NCBI GenBank assembly: GCA_040006915.1
Contig: JBDTWD010000001.1
Coordinates: 98,229-162,228, forward strand
Origin: Candidatus Woesebacteria bacterium
GTDB taxonomy: Bacteria; Patescibacteriota; Microgenomatia; UBA1400; UBA12028
Direction of reading: 5' to 3'
Length of the DNA: 64,000 bases
Under the pieces are notes generated by a model. It was not told the origin of the DNA. It ran no database searches and saw nothing but the letters and a program-made list of their open reading frames with translations. Each line of letters starts with the position of its first letter. The stretch's first letter is position 1. Below, one piece after another: positions 17,232 to 26,487 of the stretch. A program made the translations under genes and the position numbers.

Positions 17232-17630
17232 TTACAGAAAAGCATGACGTTTTAGCCAGTATCGAGAATAAAAGATTCCACAGATCCAACCCAAGACTCC
17301 ACCGGGAATATCCAGAAGATCTGGTGTTCCCATATTGAACAGGGGTAAGGCAGGGATTTCCTCATCGAGCACTGCGTAGATGCTTACAACAATTGCGACT
17401 GCAATTATCGCTAATACCATTTTCCTGTTCCGTATTCGCAAGAGAGTGAAGAATACTAACGGGACGAGTATGATGAAAAACGCATTATCCGCGTCACCGA
17501 TATGAGTGAAAATTCCCTGGTTTAAGATTGTTTGTAACCAGACGATATGATCATGATTTGCTATACCACGTAGTGGCTCCAGCAGTAAAACGGGGAAAAT
17601 GATCCACCAACTCCAATGCATTGTTGTCAT
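17232..17630 (-). CDS. small membrane protein (VanZ-like, tentative)
   Basis: 132 aa with 3-4 TM segments. LDEEIP...GGVLGWICG loosely resembles VanZ. Confidence 0.35.
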   Translation of the reverse strand: MTTMHWSWWIIFPVLLLEPLRGIANHDHIVWLQTILNQGIFTHIGDADNAFFIILVPLVFFTLLRIRNRKMVLAIIAVAIVVSIYAVLDEEIPALPLFNMGTPDLLDIPGGVLGWICGIFYSRYWLKRHAFL

Positions 17631-17804
17631 CCTTTTCTGTTTAGATTTTAAAGGGCCGAAAATGCTATAAAATGTCGTATGGCCAAGCTTGAAAGTCGCG
17701 GCAAATTAAAGCACTGGGATTATATCATCAAGATAAAATCGAGGATTTGCAGCATTTATTATTCAAGTCTGGATTGAAGTCTTTAAAACGAGGAATTTCT
17801 ACTC

Positions 17805-17855
17805 TTATATACCCTCTCCCTGAATGTCTGCCCGAATCCCGAGGAAAAAGTTCAT
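17805..17855 (-). pseudogene. remnant of the 3' end of a replication-relaxation-family gene
   Basis: Minus-strand reading MNFFLGIRADIQGEGI* parallels the C-terminus MNFFLGIHKDIQVRGIQADTWESVSD* of gene 18895..19671. The nucleotide similarity extends over about 60 nt. Confidence 0.5.
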
Positions 17856-17858
17856 TGC

Positions 17859-17887
17859 TTGACAAGCATAAAGTGTCACGTTACACT
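17859..17887 (+). promoter_or_regulatory. sigma70-like promoter of the fic gene (TTGACA-17-TACACT)
   Basis: TTGACA 17859-17864, 17-nt spacer, TACACT 17882-17887. ATG at 17897. Confidence 0.45.
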
Positions 17888-17896
17888 TAACGGTAT

Positions 17897-18883
17897 ATGA
17901 CCAATATTCTGACTGTACTCGAGGAGAAGAAACAACGACTCGATGGCTTCAAACCATTCTCTGTTGATCTGGTGACAAACCTCCGGGAGTGGTTCAAGAT
18001 CGAGCTGACCTACACTTCCAATGCAATTGAGGGCAATACCCTCTCTAGAGCTGAAACTGCCCTGGTGGTGGAAAAGGGAGTGACTGTCGATGGAAAGACG
18101 CTTCAGGAGCATTTAGAGGCCGTAAATCACGCCCAAGCCTTTGATTGGGTCATACAACGAATAGATACTACCAAGCAGGACATTACAGAAAGCACTATCC
18201 TGGATTTACATCAACTCATTTTACAAAAGATCGTAGATAATCAAGCCGGGAGATACCGTACTGTTCCAGTCCGTATTGCTGGCTCAACTGTTATCATGCC
18301 GAACGCCATGAAGGTTCCCGAGCTTATGAGTGAGTATGTCTCATGGCTTCAAAAAAACACGGACCACCTAGTAGCTGTCGCAGTAGATGCCCACTTTAAA
18401 TTAGTGAGTATTCATCCCTTTGTCGATGGAAATGGCAGAACGGCTCGATTGCTTATGAATTTACTTTTAATGCAGGCTGGCTATCCTCCAGCCATTATCC
18501 GCAAGGAAGAACGTACACAATACATCGCTAGTATTGAAAAAGCTCAGCTTGGAGGCTCACTCGCTGATTACTACGCTTTGATGTATGAGGCAGTGAATCG
18601 CTCACTCGATATTTACCTTGAAGCTGTAGAAGGGAAAGAGCAAGCCAAGATTCTAGAAAAGAAACCCGTCCTTAAAATCGGCGAGCTGGCTGAACTAACG
18701 AATGAAACAGTCCCTACGATTCGCCACTGGACCAAGGAAGGGCTACTTAACGTGGTTGAATATACCGAGAGTGGTTATCAGCTTTATAGTCAAGATACTG
18801 TGGCTATCGCACGAAAAATTCGCAAGCTCCAAGACACAAAGCGGTTAACACTAGCTGAAATTAAAAAAGAGTTGGCACATTAG
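17897..18883 (+). CDS. Fic family protein (class II, N-terminal inhibitory motif) fused to a C-terminal MerR-type HTH
   Basis: Fic motif HPFVDGNGRTAR. Inhibitory-helix motif SNAIEGN ([S/T]xxxE[G/N]) near residue 40. C-terminal KIGELAELTNETVPTIRHWTKEGLL is MerR-like. Confidence 0.8.
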   Translation: MTNILTVLEEKKQRLDGFKPFSVDLVTNLREWFKIELTYTSNAIEGNTLSRAETALVVEKGVTVDGKTLQEHLEAVNHAQAFDWVIQRIDTTKQDITESTILDLHQLILQKIVDNQAGRYRTVPVRIAGSTVIMPNAMKVPELMSEYVSWLQKNTDHLVAVAVDAHFKLVSIHPFVDGNGRTARLLMNLLLMQAGYPPAIIRKEERTQYIASIEKAQLGGSLADYYALMYEAVNRSLDIYLEAVEGKEQAKILEKKPVLKIGELAELTNETVPTIRHWTKEGLLNVVEYTESGYQLYSQDTVAIARKIRKLQDTKRLTLAEIKKELAH

Positions 18884-18894
18884 TTTATCGACGT

Positions 18895-19671
18895 TTAATC
18901 TGAGACACTTTCCCAAGTGTCTGCCTGAATACCTCTTACTTGAATGTCTTTGTGAATTCCAAGGAAGAAGTTCATTTCAACTTCTTCCCTTCTGAGTTCT
19001 TTGGAAATGAATGAGACGAGATGGTTTTTTAGTTTCGTATTTGGACAAATAACGAGAAACGTGGGGAATGTGAATGCATAATGATCCTGCCAGTGTCGTT
19101 CTTGGTAATACTGAATGTATGTATCAATTTTTCTTTTCGAAGCAAAGAATGGCGTTTTTTTATCAATTACCACGATAAAATATCGCCTTTTGATCTCCCC
19201 ATTTTCCGAAATAGCGACATATCCATCTGGGAGTGGCTCAGGAGCATAGGAAAATTGTTCCAGATCAGTTGTGGTATAGAACTCGAGCGTTGTTCCCACT
19301 TCTTTGGTAGCCTTCAAAAATTGAAAATACAGATCAGCGATAAACAGCCAATGGTATTGAAAGTCTAAAGATCTCTTCTTGTCTGTGTAGGCGCGAGTCA
19401 GGAGTTTCGGAATGCAGTGCGCATTTGAGCGCAAGTACTGCCTGCTCTTAAGCCCTAGTGAATAGACTGCTGGTCTATGTGTGTTCTCTGTTGTTCTTTT
19501 ATATGTCCGATTTACCATTTTCTTCTCCGTAAGATCTTTGAGCCAGGTAGATATACGAGAGGAATTGGAATGATTGAGCAGATGTTGAATATGAAGAGTG
19601 GAAAGAAAACGATAGCGGTAAAGGTAAAGAAGGATGTCTGTTTGAGTCGGTGTAATAGAGTCAGTATGCAT
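18895..19671 (-). CDS. replication-relaxation (Replic_Relax) family winged-helix protein
   Basis: The ORF is open to 19758, but that extension would encode across a strong tetraloop hairpin, so the start is placed at the internal Met (MHTDSITPTQTDILLYLYRYRFLSTLHIQHL). Confidence 0.5.
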   Translation of the reverse strand: MHTDSITPTQTDILLYLYRYRFLSTLHIQHLLNHSNSSRISTWLKDLTEKKMVNRTYKRTTENTHRPAVYSLGLKSRQYLRSNAHCIPKLLTRAYTDKKRSLDFQYHWLFIADLYFQFLKATKEVGTTLEFYTTTDLEQFSYAPEPLPDGYVAISENGEIKRRYFIVVIDKKTPFFASKRKIDTYIQYYQERHWQDHYAFTFPTFLVICPNTKLKNHLVSFISKELRREEVEMNFFLGIHKDIQVRGIQADTWESVSD

Positions 19672-19682
19672 AGAGTGTTGTG

Positions 19683-19700
19683 CCACCCCTTCGGGGTGGA
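19683..19700. other. stable hairpin CCACCCC-TTCG-GGGGTGG
   Basis: 7-bp GC-rich stem with a UUCG-type tetraloop. No U-tract on either strand. Confidence 0.6.
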
Positions 19701-19772
19701 GGGATTGTACTCTCTCTTTAGAGAGGAAGAGAACAAAAATTGTGTATATCTTCCTCAACTAGTTTGTAGTTT

Positions 19773-19798
19773 ATATGTATAAATCGATTTATACATAT
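19773..19798. repeat. perfect 26-nt palindrome ATATGTATAAATCGATTTATACATAT (candidate operator/oriT inverted repeat)
   Basis: Self-complementary. Lies between the T4CP stop (19800) and the replication-relaxation gene. Confidence 0.7.
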
Positions 19799-19799
19799 T

Positions 19800-22442
19800 T
19801 TAACTAAAATTAATGGATTTCATTTGTGGTGTTCGTTGTCTCTGTATTTTTTTCTGGCTCAAAAAAGTATGATCTTCTTTTGGTTCCTGATACTCGGTAG
19901 AGTACAACCTACGTGACCTCTTAATCACCCGGTTGGTAATCACTTGATTTGCCGTTTCAACAATTGGAATCGTTTCACCGGAAAACGGTTCTTGGGACTG
20001 AAGCCCACTAATTTTTGCATAGAAATGGTATGCAGGTAGATTGCCAATTTCTCCCTCTCGTACGTATGGTTGGAATTGTGGCAAGATAAGTCGTTCATCT
20101 TCCGGGTTGGCTGTGCGAAAACAAATAATCGTTCCGGTATTTGCCAGAGTGACATTGACTAGAGACTTGTCTTCCAGTTGAGACGTAGTTTGGTGAGCAA
20201 GGATTGCATTCAAACGGTACTTTCTGGCTTCTGATAAGATCTGCGCAAAGGAAGGAGTGGCAAAGTTTTGAAATTCATCGACATACAGATAAAAATCTTT
20301 TCTCTCTTCACTCTTCATTCGAGCTCTTTTCAACGCCGCTAACTGAATTTTTGTCATGAGTAGCGATCCAAATACCTGCGAGTTGTCCTCACCGATTTTC
20401 CCTTTGGACACGTTACATAACAGTATTTTTCCAGAATTTATGATGTCATCAAAATCTATGGTCGATTTTTCTTGTTCCAAGATTCGTTTCGCTATCGGAG
20501 AGAACAAGAAGCGTCCGATTTTATTGGTAATCGGAGAGATCATGGAGACTTTTTGATAGTCACCGGCGGTACTAAACTCATACTTCCAGAAATCGTGAAG
20601 GTTCTCGTCCTGAATTTTGGGAATGACTTGGTTGCGATAGTCATCGTTAATGAGGAGCTTGTAGATTGTAAAAAGCGTTGGATTGGGAGTCAGAAAAGCC
20701 GTATGAATCGTATTCCGCAAAATATACTCCATACGAGGACCGGAATATCGTGCGTCATACAATTTATGAAACAGAGAAATGATGCTTTCGGTAATAACTT
20801 CTTTTTCTCGCAAGAGTAGATCTCCCGTCAACTCAGGGGGAATTTCCAAAAGATTTAGTCCGACTGGAAAATGAATGTCATCCGGATTGACGTATACCAC
20901 ATCATTGATTCTATTTTCCGGTATGAGTGGCAGGATATTTTCGATCAAATCTCCATGCGGATCTATCACGCAAACACCTTTTCCGTGTTCAATGTCCTGT
21001 TTGATCATTGAGAGTAACATCGTCGACTTCCCAGTCCCAGTGGCTCCCAAAATATACATGTGTCGTCGTCGTTCTTCGATGTTTAAACCAATTGGCGTTG
21101 TCGTTCCTCCATAGGTGTTTCTCGCAAACACAACATCAAAGTCTGCTGCACTCTTTAACGAGACGGGGGCTGGTAGTTCCCGACTATGCACTTTCTGGAT
21201 ATCTTCTGTTTGTGTCGTGGTTGTGTACGGAAAATGATAGAGATCAGAGACTTCAGGAACGGATAAGATCGAATGTCCGAAAAACCCAATCAGCCGATGC
21301 TGAAAGATAAACAGTTGGAGTTTGTACAGAAATTGTAGTCGTATCAGTGGCGTGAATCGTAAGGATTGATATGCGGTTGCGAATGAAGACAGTGCGGACG
21401 CAAATCCCCTGATTTTGGTATGAGACTCCCTTGCCTTCCCAATCGCTAGAACGCGTATGGATGTTGAAAATAGCTGTTGATCAAGTTTGGCTTTAACCAG
21501 TGTTTCAAGTTCGGTTTGGTAGGGATTGAGCGTTTTTTTCTTGATCTTCTCAAAGGGAAAAGAGAGAAATGGACCTTCATTCCCTCCCGTGGCAATGAAG
21601 ACAATGACACCAATTGGCAGCATCACTAGATGAATACAGAAAAGTACGCTCGTGTGTATTACAGTAGAGATGAATCCTTTCCGAGTTCCACTCGTTAACG
21701 CTTGGACCAAATCAGTATTTGTATACAGGATATGAGAGAGTCGTTTAATATCCGTCACCCATTTTTTGTTGACTGGGGAGGCAACGATCTGAAAGGCAAC
21801 AAGTTCATCAGGTGCAAGTTTTGTCATGCTACCGGTAAGATATGCAATGGGATCATGCTCCTCTAATACATTCTGTGACTGTAACGGAAAGGCAAAGTGA
21901 GTGCGTGTGCTCCATTCGGCAATCACTACTCTTTCCCGGCTCACTGAGGGTGAGAGATAGTCATCTGCTTCTTTGATCCGCATTCCCGGCAAGTACGACA
22001 GCAACCCTTTCTTGATGATGTCTACATCCTCAGTACGAACACGTAATATGTAGCGAATACCCTCATGTTTGGTTGACACTATTTCAAATGCGTACGATTT
22101 CTGATATCCAACAAGTCTGTGTATCCACGATTCATAGTTTGTAAGTCCATGCAGTACCAGGAAAAGCTGCTGAGTTGCATAGGAACTCTGTAGAGTTTCA
22201 GTCGGAGGATGCAATTCTAGAAATGTATAGTTTTGACGAAGTTGGATCTGCACTCGTAGGAACGCCGCGAGCACTTTAAGAACGAGAACAATACAAATGA
22301 GAAGACACACTAGCATCACGACTGAGAGAAGAATCGGAAGATAAGAATCAAAGGATAGAGATAGCGTAGGAACGGAAACAGAAGCAGACAATGATCCAAG
22401 AATGATTTGAACGACGAGATTATTTTTGAAGAGATCAATCAC
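19800..22442 (-). CDS. TraG/TraD/VirD4-like type IV coupling protein (membrane-anchored P-loop ATPase)
   Basis: 880 aa with two N-terminal TM helices. Walker A ILGATGTGKST, VIDPHGD, Walker B YLYVDEFQNF and ARKYRLNAILAHQ resemble the T4CP/TraG-D C-terminal domain. Confidence 0.6.
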   Translation of the reverse strand: MIDLFKNNLVVQIILGSLSASVSVPTLSLSFDSYLPILLSVVMLVCLLICIVLVLKVLAAFLRVQIQLRQNYTFLELHPPTETLQSSYATQQLFLVLHGLTNYESWIHRLVGYQKSYAFEIVSTKHEGIRYILRVRTEDVDIIKKGLLSYLPGMRIKEADDYLSPSVSRERVVIAEWSTRTHFAFPLQSQNVLEEHDPIAYLTGSMTKLAPDELVAFQIVASPVNKKWVTDIKRLSHILYTNTDLVQALTSGTRKGFISTVIHTSVLFCIHLVMLPIGVIVFIATGGNEGPFLSFPFEKIKKKTLNPYQTELETLVKAKLDQQLFSTSIRVLAIGKARESHTKIRGFASALSSFATAYQSLRFTPLIRLQFLYKLQLFIFQHRLIGFFGHSILSVPEVSDLYHFPYTTTTQTEDIQKVHSRELPAPVSLKSAADFDVVFARNTYGGTTTPIGLNIEERRRHMYILGATGTGKSTMLLSMIKQDIEHGKGVCVIDPHGDLIENILPLIPENRINDVVYVNPDDIHFPVGLNLLEIPPELTGDLLLREKEVITESIISLFHKLYDARYSGPRMEYILRNTIHTAFLTPNPTLFTIYKLLINDDYRNQVIPKIQDENLHDFWKYEFSTAGDYQKVSMISPITNKIGRFLFSPIAKRILEQEKSTIDFDDIINSGKILLCNVSKGKIGEDNSQVFGSLLMTKIQLAALKRARMKSEERKDFYLYVDEFQNFATPSFAQILSEARKYRLNAILAHQTTSQLEDKSLVNVTLANTGTIICFRTANPEDERLILPQFQPYVREGEIGNLPAYHFYAKISGLQSQEPFSGETIPIVETANQVITNRVIKRSRRLYSTEYQEPKEDHTFLSQKKIQRQRTPQMKSINFS

Positions 22443-22536
22443 AGGTTAAGTACTCCTGTCCATACGCGAACTATTACCGAGGAGTCTATAGCAGCCCCTC
22501 TCAGAAGTAAACCACTCGATATGAGATGAGATATTT

Positions 22537-23976
22537 CTACGAACCTTTTACTGTATCCACCAGCTTCTCCCAAATCCGCACCATAGCGAGGGTATCGAGT
22601 TCACAGTATTTGAGTAAATTCTTCTTGATCTTTTCCTTCTCTTCTTGGGTTCCTTCTTCATATACCATCTGCCACCAGGCATTCATAGCAGTAGCACCTT
22701 CACCAATCTCTAAATTCTTGTAACTTAATTCTGGAACCAGAACTGGCAATACGTTTTTGATAGACCAGCTGCCTTTAAATTCCGGCATCACATACATGTC
22801 ATTTTCTTTAAACGGATCACCTAAGTCATACATGCGATCATTCACATCCATGAGGAAGTCTCGGTATCCAGGATAGAGCTCGGCCATCTGGACATTACAC
22901 CCCATTTCGTATGATTTATTCCAGGCAATCACAGTTCCCACTTTTGGCATATCTTGTTCCAACCGGTAGATGATTTCTTTGCTTGGATCAACTTTGGTTG
23001 TCACAATATGTTCAAAGTGCGTAATAGGTTCTCCGATATGTTCTAACACGTGAAGTGAATACTGAAAAGTCATTACCCCGTATGGATGGTAACCATCATA
23101 TATAGGAATGCCAGGATTAAAGGTTTCGTAATCCAAGAATGCGAGCGGAGTGATGAGTTGTTCTAGTTCGTGGCGAATTAAATCACGATCTATAAACGGC
23201 TTCCCTAGTTTTGTAACTTCAATTTGCTTGCGTTGTTTGGGTTTTAATGGAAAGTCGTCCGGGATATCAAGCATCGAAAGAATTCCCTGTTCTCGTAACT
23301 CCTTTTTATGCTTGGCCCATAGTCCTGAAACTTCAAAGATAGAATGCTCGGGGAGATTCGGGTTACACAGATCTGGACATGAACACGTCTTTGGATTTAA
23401 ACATCCTTCTATATGTTCTGAAGATTCTGCAAGGCATAGTTTCCATGCTTCTTCGCGCTTGGCACTGACTTCTTCGAACAAGTGTTTAATGGTGAGATCA
23501 ACCAAGGTGATTGTGAAAAACGCTTTGGGATCGATTTCTCCTGCTCGCACATATTCAGAATTGACTGTAACAATATAGATGTGACGAAGTTTTACGTGCT
23601 CTTGGAGAATCAGCGCTTGAAATGCTGCATCATACAAATGTCTGGTATCTCGGGCGTCCGTGCTACTTTTGATCTCGTAGAGATCGTAGACATCCTCAGT
23701 CTTGTCATGGACGAGTGCGTCAGTGCGCGCTTCAAAGTGAACATCGGTAAAGGTTTGTTGCCACAAGACCGTATTGATATCAGATTCAAGTGTCTGAGAA
23801 AGGAATTTTTTAGCCAGATCTTCAATCTGATATCCCTGTTTGGTTAAATGTGCATCAAAGGGAGAAAGTGGTGCCGGCGGAAGATTGGCATGTTTGCGCG
23901 CCCACAAATGCATGGGTGCTTCAAGATACAACAGAAAGTCGGATTTACTCAGTGTCATGAAGCTGTAGTATAGCAA
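22537..23976 (-). CDS. RecB/Cas4-like PD-(D/E)xK nuclease-domain protein with a Cys cluster (DUF2779-like)
   Basis: 479 aa. D...YDLYEIKSS (D/ExK) followed by a QALIL (QxxxY-like) region. Cys cluster EGCLNPKTCSCPDLC. C-terminal half unassigned. Confidence 0.5.
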   Translation of the reverse strand: MLYYSFMTLSKSDFLLYLEAPMHLWARKHANLPPAPLSPFDAHLTKQGYQIEDLAKKFLSQTLESDINTVLWQQTFTDVHFEARTDALVHDKTEDVYDLYEIKSSTDARDTRHLYDAAFQALILQEHVKLRHIYIVTVNSEYVRAGEIDPKAFFTITLVDLTIKHLFEEVSAKREEAWKLCLAESSEHIEGCLNPKTCSCPDLCNPNLPEHSIFEVSGLWAKHKKELREQGILSMLDIPDDFPLKPKQRKQIEVTKLGKPFIDRDLIRHELEQLITPLAFLDYETFNPGIPIYDGYHPYGVMTFQYSLHVLEHIGEPITHFEHIVTTKVDPSKEIIYRLEQDMPKVGTVIAWNKSYEMGCNVQMAELYPGYRDFLMDVNDRMYDLGDPFKENDMYVMPEFKGSWSIKNVLPVLVPELSYKNLEIGEGATAMNAWWQMVYEEGTQEEKEKIKKNLLKYCELDTLAMVRIWEKLVDTVKGS

Positions 23977-23991
23977 CTCAAATACGAAAGT

Positions 23992-24186
23992 TTACCGTCG
24001 CCTTCTACTCACAAATTTTTTGCGTCGCCTTCTCTCATATTCAGCAGTTTTCTCCTGTTTTTCTTTTTCCAATCTGTCTTCTTCATGAATAGCCTCGATC
24101 ATGTCCTCGTAGCTTCCTTTTATAACCTCAATCGGTACACTTTGATCAGGTTCTTCTCTCCGATCATCGTATTCTCTCCGTCCCAT
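23992..24186 (-). CDS. small highly charged protein (possible)
   Basis: 64-aa ORF, Arg/Glu-rich, between the nuclease and helicase genes on the same strand. Confidence 0.25.
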   Translation of the reverse strand: MGRREYDDRREEPDQSVPIEVIKGSYEDMIEAIHEEDRLEKEKQEKTAEYERRRRKKFVSRRRR

Positions 24187-24250
24187 AAATTCTCCTTTGA
24201 TGAAATCCTTTTCAGGATGGTAAACCCATACTCATTTTCTGGCAAGAAGA

Positions 24251-25909
24251 TTATTCGACTTTCATAATCTTTTCCGCATTAAAGGTAAGAAGTTTTCCAG
24301 ATTCGGAAACTGCCGACAGGCCCAAAAAGTGTTTTCCTTGGTGAGACATTTCTTGCAATGATTTTGGAGTCACTGTTTGCGTGGATTCTTCTCCCAGTGA
24401 CTTCAGGTACGTCAATTGAATTGTTGTTCCCATTTCGATAGCATCAGCCACGCGTTGATATTTTTCTTCTCGTGATTGTTCTCCATCGGAAACTCGTATT
24501 GTATAGCTGGTTAAAAACTGTGTAATACGCCAATTCAGTTTGATGTCTTTGGCCGTAACGGGATGAGTAAGAGTAATACCTTCAAAAGTTCGACAGCGTG
24601 AGAGCGCGACATATACTTGCCCATGAGCAAAAGCTCCGTGTTCTAGGTTGATAACAACTTTATCAAAGGTTTTCCCCTGGGATTTATGGATTGTGACCGC
24701 CCACGCAAGCATCAATGGTAATTGGGTAAACTCTCCGAGTTTTTCTTTTTCTAACTCTTTAGTTTTGGAAAGAACCGTGTGGGTTAATTCCCAGGTGTGT
24801 GGTTCAATCTCTTCTCGTTTTCCCTCATCGATGGCCACAATGACGCTGTCAGCCTTTAATTTTTTAATCACTCCTAATGTTCCGTTTACGTATCGTCCTT
24901 CTGGATCATTGGCAACAAACATGACCCGGGCACCAACTTTAAAGACCAGTTGATCAATTGTGGGTAAATGCCCATCAGGAAAAGCGCCGACGTGTTTACT
25001 ATCGTAAAACTGTTTCTTCCCAGGAAGTTTCGCAAGCTGGTCTTGATTGATTTGTGCAGCTGTATCACGTCTGCCGGTTAGCGTGATTGGAGGATGAGTA
25101 TCGTTCTCTTCATTTTTGTTCACTCTGCTATTCAGTTTCTCTATATGTTCGTTTGCGATCGCATTCATGCGGACACTGCCTAACAGAGAGATAAAATCTG
25201 GATCATTTTGTCTATAGATAGTTTCAAGTTCAACCATGGTAAAACTTTCGGTTTCGCTTTCCATGATTCCCCGCATCACTTGGCTATCAAAAAACCATTC
25301 ACTTTGATACAAGGTCCGGAAGGTTTCATACTCTCTGCTGGTTACGACTGGAGGAAGTTGATACAAATCTCCAAAGAATACCATTCGTATTCCCCCAAAA
25401 GGACGGTCGTCATCTCGAACAATACGTAAATATGTATCGACGCAATCTAACAGATCACTTCTGACCATGGAAATCTCATCAATGATGATCATGTCCAATT
25501 TTTTGTAGAGAGTTCGATCTTCAGTGAAAAAGGCATCGGAGCGCGCTTCTTTTTTGGTTATATTCGGAGCGAAGCGAAAAAAAGAATGGATTGTTTCTCC
25601 ACCCACGTTAATAGCAGCTACTCCGGTGGGAGCGAGAACTACGAGTGGAATTTTGGTATGAAGTCTGAAGTGCTGTAAGAGGGTTGATTTTCCAGTTCCG
25701 GCCTTACCAGTGATGAAGATATGTCCTCTCCCATTTTCAAGGTTTTCTAGTATTTGAGAGAACTGAGGAGAAATAACAATATCAGGCATGGCCTTAGATA
25801 ATACCCTACAGATGGCCTTTGTGTCTCTTTCGTTTCTATCCTCAATCCAGAATGACTTTCTAGACTCAGGATAGTCCCTCTTCCGTTTAGAAAAGAGGGA
25901 CACGAACAA
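24251..25909 (-). CDS. PIF1/RecD-family SF1 DNA helicase
   Basis: 552 aa. Motif I ITGKAGTGKST, motif II IIIDEISMV, FFGDLYQLPPV, TIHKSQGKTFDKVVI. Carries a C-terminal extension of about 100 aa. Confidence 0.75.
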   Translation of the reverse strand: MFVSLFSKRKRDYPESRKSFWIEDRNERDTKAICRVLSKAMPDIVISPQFSQILENLENGRGHIFITGKAGTGKSTLLQHFRLHTKIPLVVLAPTGVAAINVGGETIHSFFRFAPNITKKEARSDAFFTEDRTLYKKLDMIIIDEISMVRSDLLDCVDTYLRIVRDDDRPFGGIRMVFFGDLYQLPPVVTSREYETFRTLYQSEWFFDSQVMRGIMESETESFTMVELETIYRQNDPDFISLLGSVRMNAIANEHIEKLNSRVNKNEENDTHPPITLTGRRDTAAQINQDQLAKLPGKKQFYDSKHVGAFPDGHLPTIDQLVFKVGARVMFVANDPEGRYVNGTLGVIKKLKADSVIVAIDEGKREEIEPHTWELTHTVLSKTKELEKEKLGEFTQLPLMLAWAVTIHKSQGKTFDKVVINLEHGAFAHGQVYVALSRCRTFEGITLTHPVTAKDIKLNWRITQFLTSYTIRVSDGEQSREEKYQRVADAIEMGTTIQLTYLKSLGEESTQTVTPKSLQEMSHQGKHFLGLSAVSESGKLLTFNAEKIMKVE

Positions 25910-25923
25910 TAGTGTGAAAAGTG

Positions 25924-26487
25924 TTATAGGTGGAATTTAGGGCAAAGGATTTCGAGTGCGGCAGTCGGCACCCACAGATTGAAACTGGTTGATTCTACAG
26001 ATTCCTGCTGCGTATTATGTAACGAATAGCGGATGACTTGACCTGCTATCCATTTCCCATCATAGTTTCCTCCTACTAAGACGATTGTTTCGCCCGGATA
26101 AAGAAGATCCGCCGGCGGCTGGTAAAAGGGGTTCGTTTCGTCTTTTGTGTCTATGTTCCCAGACCATTTTGTTGACATAGTCGTTGTGATCACGACTGCA
26201 CTGCAATCGTCGCCGGTTAAGCGGCTTCGATAAAGAGGAGGTGCGTCACTAAGCTTCACGCAGTCCTCCACTGTTTCACCTACAGTGGGATATACACACT
26301 GTCCATTAATCCAGTAGAGCTTGCCTGTAAGGTCATATACAGGGGTTGCTGTTTGAAGAGCTTTCTCCTTTATTATGTGGTTAAGACCTGTAATTACTGA
26401 AGTCCCTCCGATGATCGCCAAGACCAAAACTAAAGCGATGATGGTGATCAAATTCTTGTCGAACAAATGCTGTCTCTCGTTACGCAC
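25924..26487 (-). CDS. membrane-anchored hypothetical protein
   Basis: 187 aa with an N-terminal TM helix. Confidence 0.45.
   Translation of the reverse strand: MRNERQHLFDKNLITIIALVLVLAIIGGTSVITGLNHIIKEKALQTATPVYDLTGKLYWINGQCVYPTVGETVEDCVKLSDAPPLYRSRLTGDDCSAVVITTTMSTKWSGNIDTKDETNPFYQPPADLLYPGETIVLVGGNYDGKWIAGQVIRYSLHNTQQESVESTSFNLWVPTAALEILCPKFHL

Noticed and set aside
19512-19782. ORFs 19477..19782 (+) and 19512..19736 (-) in the T4CP / Replic_Relax intergenic zone
   Set aside because: They span the hairpin and the palindrome, overlap the N-terminal extension of the Replic_Relax ORF, and have no supporting start context. The region is better explained as regulatory DNA.
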